A stretch of 32,000 nucleotides of DNA from Bifidobacterium longum subsp. longum JCM 1217 (GCF_000196555.1 NC_015067.1:450001-482000); one strand, 5' to 3'; numbered from the stretch's first letter, positions 1-7,659 are shown. The notes: generated by a model not told the origin, from the letters alone. A program made the numbers and translations.

Positions 1-19
1 ATCTGGAGGAATGTATCTG

Positions 20-1618
20 ATGACGGCATCAACTGAATCGTCTACGCAATCCCATCATGATGAGAAAGAGGCCATTGCTCCCGCGCGACTTGTGGCCTAC
101 GCGCTCGGCAACTTCGGCCAGTCGGCGTTCTACAACGCGCTAAGCACCTACTTCGTGGTCTATGTGACCAACTCGCTGTTCTCCGGAGTGGACAAGGCCG
201 TGGCGGGCAAGCTCATCGGCATCATCACCTCGCTGATCGTGATCATTCGTATCGCGGAAATCTTCGTGGACCCGCTGCTGGGCAACCTGGTGGATAACAC
301 CACCACCAAACTCGGGCGATTCCGCCCTTGGCAGCTCATCGGCGGTCTGGTGTCCGCCGTGCTGATCGTCATGGTCTACACTGGCCTGTTCGGCTTGGTC
401 AACGTCAACACCACGCTGTTCATCGTCCTGTTCGTGGTGGTGTTCGTGGTGCTCGATGTGTTCTACTCCCTGCGCGATATCTCCTACTGGGGAATGATCC
501 CCTCCATCTCTTCCGACTCCCATCAGCGCGGCATCTACACCGCAGCCGGCACCTTCACCGGATCGCTCGGGTACAACGGTCTGACTATCGCCGTGATGCC
601 CATCGTCACCTTCTTCAGCTTCGATGCCGGCCAGCAGAACCAGAATGGTTGGACCGCGTTCATCATCATCGTGGCCCTGCTCGGCGCTCTCACGGCTCTG
701 AGTGTAGTGTTCGGTGTCAAGGAAAAACAGAGCACGCTGCGCACCAAGGCCCAGGAGAACGGTAACCCGATTGAAGCGTTCCGCGCCCTGATTCACAACG
801 ACCAGCTCATGTGGACCGCTTTGTCTTATGTGTTCTACGCCGTCGCCAACGTGGCCACCGGTGGCGTGATGGTCTACCTGTTCAAATACGTGATTGGTCG
901 CATGGACCTTTTCCCGGTCACCGGCGTCATCCCTATTGCGTGCGGTCTGATTATGTCGGTACTGTTCCCGGTCATCACTAGGTGGGTGCCCCGCCGTTAT
1001 CTGTTCCTCATCGGCATGTCCGTGATGGTCGTGGCCTACCTGCTGCTGATTGTCGCCTCCACGAATATACCGCTGCTGCTGGTGGCACTAGTGCTGTTCT
1101 ACCTGCCGCAGACCCAGATTCAGATGACCGTGATCGTGTGCCTTGAGGACTCCATTGAATACGGCCAGCTGAAAACAGGCAAACGCAACGAAGCCGTGAC
1201 GCTGTCCGTGCGTCCGATGCTCGACAAGATCGCCGGCGCATTCTCCAACGGCTTCGTCGGCTTCGTGGCCGTGGCCGCCGGCATGATCGGTTCCGCCACC
1301 GCCGCCGACATGACGGCCAAGGACATCACCATCTTCAAGACCTTCGCCTTCATGATTCCGCTGGTGTGCATTGTGCTTGGCCTGATTGTGTTCGCGATTT
1401 TCGTGAAGATCGACGAAAAGGCCCATGCGCGTCTGGTCGCCAAGCTCACTGAGAATCTTGCGACGGCTGGCGATGGTGGTGGTAACGACGATGGTGTTGG
1501 TGTTGGTGTTGGTGACAATGGTGAGCATAATGGTGGCCACGCCAGCATCGCGTCGGAAGATTCCGCATTGGCGGAATACGGTCCCGAACTCGCCAAGCGG
1601 GTGTTGCTCGGCAAATAG
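20..1618 (+). CDS. GPH-family (glycoside-pentoside-hexuronide):cation sugar symporter
   Basis: ORF 11..1618 (535 aa) has many hydrophobic segments. It carries LGNFGQSAFYNALSTYFVVYV and GRFRPW motifs typical of MelB/LacS-type permeases. GGAGGA at 5-10 abuts ATG-11, so ATG-20 (9-nt spacing) is the preferred start. The C-terminal tail is low-complexity and G/D/V-rich. Confidence 0.8.
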   Translation: MTASTESSTQSHHDEKEAIAPARLVAYALGNFGQSAFYNALSTYFVVYVTNSLFSGVDKAVAGKLIGIITSLIVIIRIAEIFVDPLLGNLVDNTTTKLGRFRPWQLIGGLVSAVLIVMVYTGLFGLVNVNTTLFIVLFVVVFVVLDVFYSLRDISYWGMIPSISSDSHQRGIYTAAGTFTGSLGYNGLTIAVMPIVTFFSFDAGQQNQNGWTAFIIIVALLGALTALSVVFGVKEKQSTLRTKAQENGNPIEAFRALIHNDQLMWTALSYVFYAVANVATGGVMVYLFKYVIGRMDLFPVTGVIPIACGLIMSVLFPVITRWVPRRYLFLIGMSVMVVAYLLLIVASTNIPLLLVALVLFYLPQTQIQMTVIVCLEDSIEYGQLKTGKRNEAVTLSVRPMLDKIAGAFSNGFVGFVAVAAGMIGSATAADMTAKDITIFKTFAFMIPLVCIVLGLIVFAIFVKIDEKAHARLVAKLTENLATAGDGGGNDDGVGVGVGDNGEHNGGHASIASEDSALAEYGPELAKRVLLGK

Positions 1619-1642
1619 TGTTGCTGTGCGAATGAGCTGTTT

Positions 1643-1827
1643 CATGGGGTGGTGATTGGCCCATGGGGCGGTGAATTCCTCATGGGGCGGTGGCTGAAAA
1701 TGGCTTTATTCTGCGGAAGGTAAAATTTTACCGACCGCCCCATGGGCAAGTTACCGCCCCATGGGATTTTCGCCGCCCCATGGATGTACGGGTAAAGGCG
1801 GCCGAATTGCCTCGTGCCGCCCCCGTG
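1643..1827. repeat. Ordered array of a 12-mer CATGGGG(C/T)GGTG: three forward and three to four inverted copies
   Basis: Forward copies lie at 1643-1654, 1662-1673 and 1681-1692, an exact 19-bp period. Inverted copies (nACCGCCCCATG) lie at 1733-1744, 1752-1763 and 1771-1782, also at a 19-bp period. A degenerate copy ends near 1827. Spacers between copies are not conserved. The array starts 25 bp after the symporter stop. Confidence 0.85.
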
Positions 1828-1863
1828 GATATGCAAGTTAAAGAGCATCGGCAGCATGACTGA

Positions 1864-2298
1864 ATGCACATAGAGCGTCCCCCGCATGGTTGTGCCACGT
1901 TCCATGGCGGGGTCGCCGTGGTGACTGTCGCCAGTACACGCCATGCCACGCGAGCACGTTGTTGCCGGTGTTCCATGGCGGAAACGTCGTGGGCATACAC
2001 CTTGGATGATGGCGACGACGATTCCAACACAGTACCCAGTAAAGTAACCGCCGATAACCTCAAGAAATACGACATCAGCCCGCAAGGCCAGGCCGATGAG
2101 ATTCGCATGGTCGCCGAGGCCGTGAACAATATCGGCGACAACGATGGCGATGGCGATAAGACCAACGGTGCGAATGGCAACAAGGCTACTGGCGTGCTGA
2201 GCAAGACCGGTAGCGCGGTGACTGCCGTGGGTCTTGCGGTCGTCGTTCTCGGTGCAGCCGGCGGGGTCTCGTTTGCTTTGCGTCGTAAGCGCTCCTGA
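1864..2298 (+). pseudogene. Orphan C-terminal fragment of a sortase-anchored (LPXTG-type) surface protein
   Basis: The ORF ends with LSKTG, a hydrophobic stretch (SAVTAVGLAVVVLGAAGGVSFAL) and a basic tail (RRKRS), which is the canonical cell-wall sorting signal. No signal peptide or convincing RBS/start is present. The upstream DNA is the 12-mer repeat array. Confidence 0.4.
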
Positions 2299-2392
2299 TA
2301 AGGACTGACTCGGCATTATGATGCGGTTGCCAGTTGCTGGCTGTCGGCTGTCGTCTGCCAGATGCGGCTGTCTCGGCGTAGCGATGCGATTC

Positions 2393-2707
2393 TGTCCCGG
2401 TTCGCGCATCAATCGATTGATGTTAATACCGGGACAGAAATCATTGTCCCGGTTTGAAAAAACGGGCGTTTTTCGCGTACCGGGACAATTCTCGTTGCCC
2501 CGATACGAGCGTCAATCGTTTTATGTGCGAACCGGGACAACATGTCGATCTCGGGATTGACGGTATTCCGCCGATTCTGCTTGTCGGGGTATGTGGACTT
2601 TGAAAATTGGTTTGTCCCGGTTCTCAAAAATGGGCCGAAATTGCGTACCGGGACAACGATTTCTGTCCCGGTAGAAACGTCAATCGATTGACGTTTTCAC
2701 CGGGACA
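2393..2707. repeat. Cluster of hairpin units built from TGTCCCGGT / ACCGGGACA arms
   Basis: Arms lie at 2393-2400/2428-2436, 2445-2453/2479-2487, 2613-2621/2647-2655 and 2664-2672/2699-2707. A degenerate unit ends at 2531-2539. Loops are 25-27 nt and adjacent hairpins are 8 nt apart. The outermost loops hold perfect palindromes: CATCAATCGATTGATG (2407-2422) and ACGTCAATCGATTGACGT (2677-2694). Confidence 0.85.
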
Positions 2708-2834
2708 AATTCGTGCCCAGAGGAGGGGAAGAGGGGCTCCGCAATGGCGCTGGGCATCATTGTGGTTGGAGGCAAATTCGCGTCCGGGAACAATGGGACG
2801 AGGCCCCGGTCGCAGGAGTAGAGCGTGATGTTGT

Positions 2835-2881
2835 CATGATTATGACCGGCTTTCCCACATGGAAGGCCAGTCATAATCATG
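2835..2881. promoter_or_regulatory. 15-bp inverted repeat ~100 bp upstream of the aldo/keto reductase gene (possible operator or stem-loop)
   Basis: CATGATTATGACCGG (2835-2849) pairs with CCAGTCATAATCATG (2867-2881) at 14/15 complementary positions, with a 17-nt spacer. Confidence 0.35.
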
Positions 2882-2978
2882 CCGTTTACCCGCACGCTCC
2901 CTGCACACCGGCCGCACATCACCCACATAACCGTGTACAGTGGCGTGTAGTCGCAGCAATAAAGGAGCATCGCACATC

Positions 2979-3848
2979 ATGACCAACGGACACATCAACC
3001 CCGCCAACGTGCCGGACATCGCCTTGAAAGACGGTCATTCCATTCCGCAAGTCGGTCTCGGCGTGCTACGTATCGACGATGAGGGTGTGGTCCCCGTCGT
3101 CGAATCCGCGTTGGAAGCCGGCTACCGCCATATCGATGGTGCGGCCGGCTACAACAACGAGGCCGGCGTGGGCCGCGCGCTCGCCGCTTCCGGATACAAC
3201 AAGGGAGCCAAGCGCGAGACCCTGTGGGTCACCACCAAGCTGCGCGACTCCCAGCAGGGCTACGATTCCGCGCTCAAAGCTTTCGACAACTCGCTGAAAC
3301 TCCTCCAGCTCGATTACGTGGACATGTACATGATCCATTGGCCCACGCCGTTCGACTGGCGCAGCACCGACACCTGGAAGGCGTTCGTCAAGCTGCGCGA
3401 CGAAGGCATGGCACGCACGCTCGGCGTATGCAACTTCATGCCCGCCGATCTGAAGCGTCTGCACGAGGAGACCGGCGCATGGCCGGCCGTCAATCAGATT
3501 GAGCTGCACCCCACGTGGCAGCAGCGCGAAGTGGTGGCGTTCTGCAAGGAGCACGGCATCGCCGTGGAGGCCTACTCGCCGATGGCGCGTGGCGCCGACC
3601 TCAACGCCGGCGACGGCACCATCGAGAAGATCGCCGCCGCCCATGAGGTCAGCCCGGCCCAGGTGATTCTGCGTTGGCACATCGAAAACGGCACGATCAT
3701 CATCCCCAAGTCCGTGCATGCTGACCGCCAGAAGGAGAATCTCAACCTGTTCGGCTTCGCCCTGACCGCCGATGAACACGCTGCCATCGACGCCCTCGAC
3801 GGCCCCACCCGCGCCGGCCACGACCCCCTCACCTTCACCTATGCGTGA
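2979..3848 (+). CDS. Aldo/keto reductase (2,5-diketo-D-gluconate reductase-like subfamily)
   Basis: AKR motifs are present: GYRHIDGAAGYNNE, LDYVDMYMIHWP and IIIPKS. AAAGGAG at 2961-2967 precedes ATG-2979, so the ORF-track start at 2940 is probably too early. Confidence 0.85.
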   Translation: MTNGHINPANVPDIALKDGHSIPQVGLGVLRIDDEGVVPVVESALEAGYRHIDGAAGYNNEAGVGRALAASGYNKGAKRETLWVTTKLRDSQQGYDSALKAFDNSLKLLQLDYVDMYMIHWPTPFDWRSTDTWKAFVKLRDEGMARTLGVCNFMPADLKRLHEETGAWPAVNQIELHPTWQQREVVAFCKEHGIAVEAYSPMARGADLNAGDGTIEKIAAAHEVSPAQVILRWHIENGTIIIPKSVHADRQKENLNLFGFALTADEHAAIDALDGPTRAGHDPLTFTYA

Positions 3849-3851
3849 TTG

Positions 3852-4595
3852 ATGGCACGTCGTAACGCCCACTTCCGCCGTCGTTTCAACGCTTCTGGTC
3901 CGCTGGAGCGCGTGCTGATTCTCATCGTTCTCGCCGCAGCAATCGGCGTGACCATCGGCCTGCTACTGCCGCAGGTCAGCTCCGACGCGGCCAAAATCAC
4001 AGGTGGCTACACTGCCACCGGTTCAGCCGCCGACACTTTGAACGCGCTCGCCGTAGACGACAACCAAAGCTCCTCCGGCTACGACCGCGATTCCTTCGGT
4101 TTCCGCACCACCGACGTCGACGGCAATGGCTGCGACGTACGCGACGACGTGCTCGCCCGTGATCTCACGGACATCACCTACAAATACGCCGGTTCCTGTG
4201 TGGTCGAGTCCGGCACACTGGCCGATCCGTACACCGCTCAGACCATCCATTTTGTACGTGGCCGCGCCACCAGCGCCAAAGTGCAGATCGACCATGTGGT
4301 GGCCCTTGAAAACGCTTGGCAATCCGGTGCGCGCGACTGGTCCACTGCCAAACGCCATGAATTCGGCAATGACCCCTACAACCTGCTGGCCGTCGACGGC
4401 CCGGCCAATCAGGAGAAGGGGTCGGCTTCCGCCGCCTACTGGCTACCCACCAACGCCGACTACCGTTGCGACTACGTGGCCCGCCAGATTGGCGTCAAAG
4501 ACAAGTACCAGCTCACCGTCACCTCCCAAGAAAAGGACGCCATGCTCGCCGTCCTCCACACCTGCCCGGGCCAGGCCGTGCCCGCAGACGAATAG
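3852..4595 (+). CDS. Membrane-anchored/secreted DUF1524 (HNH-type) nuclease family protein
   Basis: The N-terminus is basic, followed by one hydrophobic segment (VLILIVLAAAIGVTIGLLL). The C-terminal block DHVVALENAWQSGA...NLLAVDGPANQEKGS...YWLP matches the DUF1524/GmrSD C-terminal nuclease pattern from memory. ATG-3852 lies 3 nt after the reductase stop. Confidence 0.7.
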   Translation: MARRNAHFRRRFNASGPLERVLILIVLAAAIGVTIGLLLPQVSSDAAKITGGYTATGSAADTLNALAVDDNQSSSGYDRDSFGFRTTDVDGNGCDVRDDVLARDLTDITYKYAGSCVVESGTLADPYTAQTIHFVRGRATSAKVQIDHVVALENAWQSGARDWSTAKRHEFGNDPYNLLAVDGPANQEKGSASAAYWLPTNADYRCDYVARQIGVKDKYQLTVTSQEKDAMLAVLHTCPGQAVPADE

Positions 4596-4598
4596 GGG

Positions 4599-5969
4599 CT
4601 ACCGCTCAGGATTGTTGAGCATAGGTGCCTGCCCCTCGTCATAAGCGCGCAGGAGCCGTCGGAGCAAAAATGTGGTGAAGTATGGTGCGGTGAACACGTG
4701 TTCGCTACTACCGATATTGCCGGCGGATAGTTTCACGCCGAACTGAATTTCCGGATAAGAATCCGAAGCGATTAGCGTCCGCATGGATTTGGCGGTGCCT
4801 TTTTTCGATTTCACCTCCACCGGCACCAGCCATTCGCGCGTGCGGACGAAGAAATCCTGTTCCAGTGTGGAATCCTCTTTTTTGTAGTAGTACAGGTCAT
4901 AGCCGGATTTCCGTAGCGCTTCAGAGACGATGCTCTCGTACATAGCACCCTTATAGACACCAAGATTACGATTGGCCCGCAGATCATCACTGGCCTCGTC
5001 GTCAAGCATCGCTACGAACAGACCGGTATCGCCGAAATATATCTTGAACTTGTTTTCGTCATAATTGCCTTTCAACGGCAGTTCAGGATAGGACATACAT
5101 CGGCAGATATTCACCATTCCCGAGGTTTCAAGCCATTCCACGCATCCTCGATAGTCTTTGAAACGCGCTCCGCTGGCAACCTTGCTGATTTGGAACTTCT
5201 TGTTTTCCTTGGCGAGTTGCACGGGAATATGGTTGAACACGTTGAGAATTCGTGCCTGATCGAGTCCTTGCGCGTATTTGCGGATATCCTCCTGGTAGTC
5301 CAAAATAAGCTGGCGCTGCAATTGCAGTGTTCCCTCGAACGTGCCAGTGCGTATATGGGAGGCGACAACCGCAGGCATGCCGCCAAGCACGCAGTAATCC
5401 ATAAATGCCGTGGAGAAGACGTTCATTTCCACTTCAGAGAATGGCGTAGCATCACACAGGTGGGTGAACATGCTTTCGATGACGGCCTCATCGTATCCGC
5501 GAGCCCACAGAAATTCCTCGAAGTCCAACGATCGCATTTCGTAGTCGGTCTTATATCCCACGCTATTGCTTTCGATTTGCTTATAGCTGATGCCCAGCAT
5601 TGAACCGCTGCAAATCACATCATATTTGCCGTCGATTTTAAAGAACTTCAGTGCAGTGACGATATCAGGATGGGCCTGGATTTCGTCGAAAAAGATGAGC
5701 GTATCGCCCGGAATGAACTTTTTAGCTGGGTTGATCAGGGAAATATTGCGGACGATGGTATCCGCGCCATAACCGTCCGCAGTGATTGCGCGATATTTCG
5801 GTTCCTCAACGAAGTTGATTTCCACTACCGAACGGTAGTTGTGTGCGGCAAAGTAATCGATAGTCTCTGTCTTGCCTACTTGACGAGGGCCCTTGATGAT
5901 TAGCGGGGAGCGATTCGGGTCGGATTTCCATGCATTGAGATAGGCATCGGCTTTGCGTTTGAGATACAT
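4599..5969 (-). CDS. AAA+ ATPase with C-terminal DUF4143 domain (COG1373-type)
   Basis: Walker A is GPRQVGKT and Walker B-like is LIFFDEIQ. Length and overall pattern fit the AAA_14 + DUF4143 family. GC is lower than its neighbours: 38% and 47% in two hand-counted 60-nt lines, against 63% in the adjacent nuclease gene. Confidence 0.75.
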   Translation of the reverse strand: MYLKRKADAYLNAWKSDPNRSPLIIKGPRQVGKTETIDYFAAHNYRSVVEINFVEEPKYRAITADGYGADTIVRNISLINPAKKFIPGDTLIFFDEIQAHPDIVTALKFFKIDGKYDVICSGSMLGISYKQIESNSVGYKTDYEMRSLDFEEFLWARGYDEAVIESMFTHLCDATPFSEVEMNVFSTAFMDYCVLGGMPAVVASHIRTGTFEGTLQLQRQLILDYQEDIRKYAQGLDQARILNVFNHIPVQLAKENKKFQISKVASGARFKDYRGCVEWLETSGMVNICRCMSYPELPLKGNYDENKFKIYFGDTGLFVAMLDDEASDDLRANRNLGVYKGAMYESIVSEALRKSGYDLYYYKKEDSTLEQDFFVRTREWLVPVEVKSKKGTAKSMRTLIASDSYPEIQFGVKLSAGNIGSSEHVFTAPYFTTFLLRRLLRAYDEGQAPMLNNPER

Positions 5970-6010
5970 GAGGAGCCCCTTTCCGAATTACTGCTATATC
6001 AATGATTTTA

Positions 6011-6122
6011 CACTTTCATGAGCGAGTTTTCTACCGTCTGGCACATTTCATGAGCGAGTTTTCTAGTAATTTCCTCATTTCATGAGCGAGTTTTCGGCGG
6101 TTTGTCACATTTCATGAGCGAG
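6011..6122. repeat. Four direct iteron-like repeats, CA(C/T)TTCATGAGCGAG(TTTTC), at an exact 32-bp period
   Basis: The TTTCATGAGCGAG cores start at 6014, 6046, 6078 and 6110. The conserved unit is ~21 bp and spacers are ~10-11 bp and unrelated. The fourth copy loses the TTTTC tail. The array starts 42 bp upstream of the minus-strand ATPase start codon. Confidence 0.9.
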
Positions 6123-6187
6123 ATGGCGGGGAATGCCAGCTGCCAGTCCGCCAGTCATCCATCAATCGTCCGCAGATTGTCCGTCTG

Positions 6188-6217
6188 TTGACGCGGGAAA
6201 CATGCCCGCGCTATAAC
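6188..6217 (+). promoter_or_regulatory. Candidate sigma-70-type promoter of mntH with an embedded short palindrome
   Basis: TTGACG (6188-6193), an 18-nt spacer and TATAAC (6212-6217) lie ~42 bp upstream of ATG-6259. The spacer contains GCGGG-N7-CCCGC. Confidence 0.4.
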
Positions 6218-6258
6218 TGAGCCCGGTATGAAGGGAGAAGGGAATAGGAACAGACGAT

Positions 6259-7626
6259 ATGGCAGTAACACACACCGCAGCAGATGCCATTGCGGCAACC
6301 ACTATGACGAACGCCGTGGCAGACATCGAACAGGAAACACCGGAAATCGAGAAGGAACGCCAGCTTGCCGGAGTCGGAGCCGGAGCTGGAACCGTGGCAA
6401 ACGGCAAGAAAAAGCCGCATGACCATGCGCTGGCCAGCATCCTCGGCCCCGCGTTCGTGGCGGCCGTGGCCTACGTCGATCCTGGCAACGTGGCGGCCAA
6501 CATCACCTCCGGTGCGAGGTACGGCTACCTGTTGGTATGGGTGCTGGTGCTCGCCAATGCCATGAGCGTGCTTATCCAGTATCAGTCCGCCAAACTCGGC
6601 ATCGTGACCAACAAATCCTTGCCGGAACTGCTGGGTGAGCGTATGAGCGATGCCGGCCGTTTCATGTTCTTTATGCAGGCTGAAGTCATCGCCATCGCCA
6701 CCGATCTGGCCGAGGTGATCGGCGGTGCCATCGCCCTGAACCTGCTGTTCGGATTTCCACTGTTCATCGGCGGTTTGGTGATTGGCACAATCTCCACGGT
6801 GATGCTGTGGTTCCAAGGCGGCAAGACACAGACCACGTTCGAGCGCATCATCATCGTGATGCTGCTGGTGATTACGTTCGGCTTCATCGCGGGTCTGTTC
6901 GTAGCCCCGCCGAACCCCGGCGAAGTGGTCAAAGGCATGATTCCACGCTTCCAAGGCGCCGACTCGGTGTTGATGGCCGCCTCGATTCTGGGCGCCACCG
7001 TGATGCCGCACGCCATCTACCTGCACTCCACGCTGGTGAACGACCATTACGCAGGCGGCGAAAAGCCGTCGATCAAAACGCAGCTGAGAGGCTCGAAAAT
7101 CGATGTGGCCTGGGCGCTGTTGCTGGCCGGCACCGTGAATCTGGCGATGCTGGTGCTCGCCGCCAACTCGCTGCATGGCATGTCTGGCACGGATTCCATC
7201 GACGGCGCACAGCGGGCGATCACGCAGGTGCTCGGCCCGGTGATCGGCACGATCTTTTCCGTCGGCCTGCTGGCTTCGTCGCTGAGCTCCACGTCGGTTG
7301 GCACGTACGCCGGCTCGGAAATCATGCACGGTCTGCTGCACGTTAACGCCCCGATGTGGGCCTGCCGCGTGGTCACGCTGGTGCCGGCACTGATTGTGCT
7401 GTGGTTCGCCAAGGACCCGACTCAGGCGCTGGTCATCGGCCAGGTGGTGCTTTCCATCGGCATCCCGTTCGCCGTGATTCCGCTGATGCGATACACGCAT
7501 GACAAGGAACTCATGGGCAAGTGGGCTGATGGAACCGTCAAGCACGTGATCTTCATGATCGTCGTGGCGCTGATTGTGGCGTTGAACGTGCTGCTGATTG
7601 TTCTGACGCTAATGGGCAGGGCGTAA
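6259..7626 (+). CDS. mntH: NRAMP-family divalent metal (Mn2+/Fe2+):H+ symporter
   Basis: The NRAMP signature VDPGN is present (AYVDPGNVAANITSG), with ~11 hydrophobic segments and MPHAIYLHS. A purine-rich stretch (GAAGGGAGAAGGGAATAGG) lies upstream of the ATG. Confidence 0.85.
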   Translation: MAVTHTAADAIAATTMTNAVADIEQETPEIEKERQLAGVGAGAGTVANGKKKPHDHALASILGPAFVAAVAYVDPGNVAANITSGARYGYLLVWVLVLANAMSVLIQYQSAKLGIVTNKSLPELLGERMSDAGRFMFFMQAEVIAIATDLAEVIGGAIALNLLFGFPLFIGGLVIGTISTVMLWFQGGKTQTTFERIIIVMLLVITFGFIAGLFVAPPNPGEVVKGMIPRFQGADSVLMAASILGATVMPHAIYLHSTLVNDHYAGGEKPSIKTQLRGSKIDVAWALLLAGTVNLAMLVLAANSLHGMSGTDSIDGAQRAITQVLGPVIGTIFSVGLLASSLSSTSVGTYAGSEIMHGLLHVNAPMWACRVVTLVPALIVLWFAKDPTQALVIGQVVLSIGIPFAVIPLMRYTHDKELMGKWADGTVKHVIFMIVVALIVALNVLLIVLTLMGRA

Positions 7627-7659
7627 TAGACTCCAGCTGAAATCCTGCGATAGCACAAC

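Noticed and set aside
11-19. ORF-track start codon ATG-11 for the symporter
   Set aside because: The only Shine-Dalgarno-like sequence (GGAGGA, 5-10) directly abuts it. ATG-20 has proper spacing. The window edge also prevents checking for an earlier start.
1642-2412. 256-aa minus-strand ORF spanning the 12-mer array and the LPXTG fragment
   Set aside because: The frame stays open mainly because of the GC-rich repeats, and repeated PHG/PMG peptides come directly from the CATGGGGCGG boxes. It has no motifs and no RBS.
3852-5969. DUF1524 nuclease + AAA/DUF4143 ATPase as a two-gene defence operon
   Set aside because: The genes are convergent, so they are not co-transcribed, and they differ markedly in GC. 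The nuclease has an export or anchor sequence and is coupled to the upstream reductase instead. Any functional link would be coincidental unless neighbourhood statistics say otherwise.
6011-6122. CRISPR array interpretation of the 32-bp-period repeats (the same idea applies to the 19-bp-period array at 1643-1782)
   Set aside because: The spacers are only ~10-11 bp (7 bp in the second array), against the ~26 bp or more expected. Only 3-4 units are present. The second array is half inverted. There are no cas genes or leader in the window.
6126-6258. Manganese (yybP-ykoY-type) riboswitch in the mntH leader
   Set aside because: The best promoter candidate leaves only a ~40-nt leader, too short for that riboswitch. 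I saw no matching conserved four-way-junction sequence. The upstream repeats are DNA-type direct iterons rather than an RNA fold.
6211-7545. 444-aa ORF antisense to mntH
   Set aside because: It is a shadow ORF on the opposite strand of a gene with clear NRAMP motifs. The product is R/H/G/D/Q-rich low-complexity sequence, typical of antisense frames in high-GC DNA, and there is no RBS.
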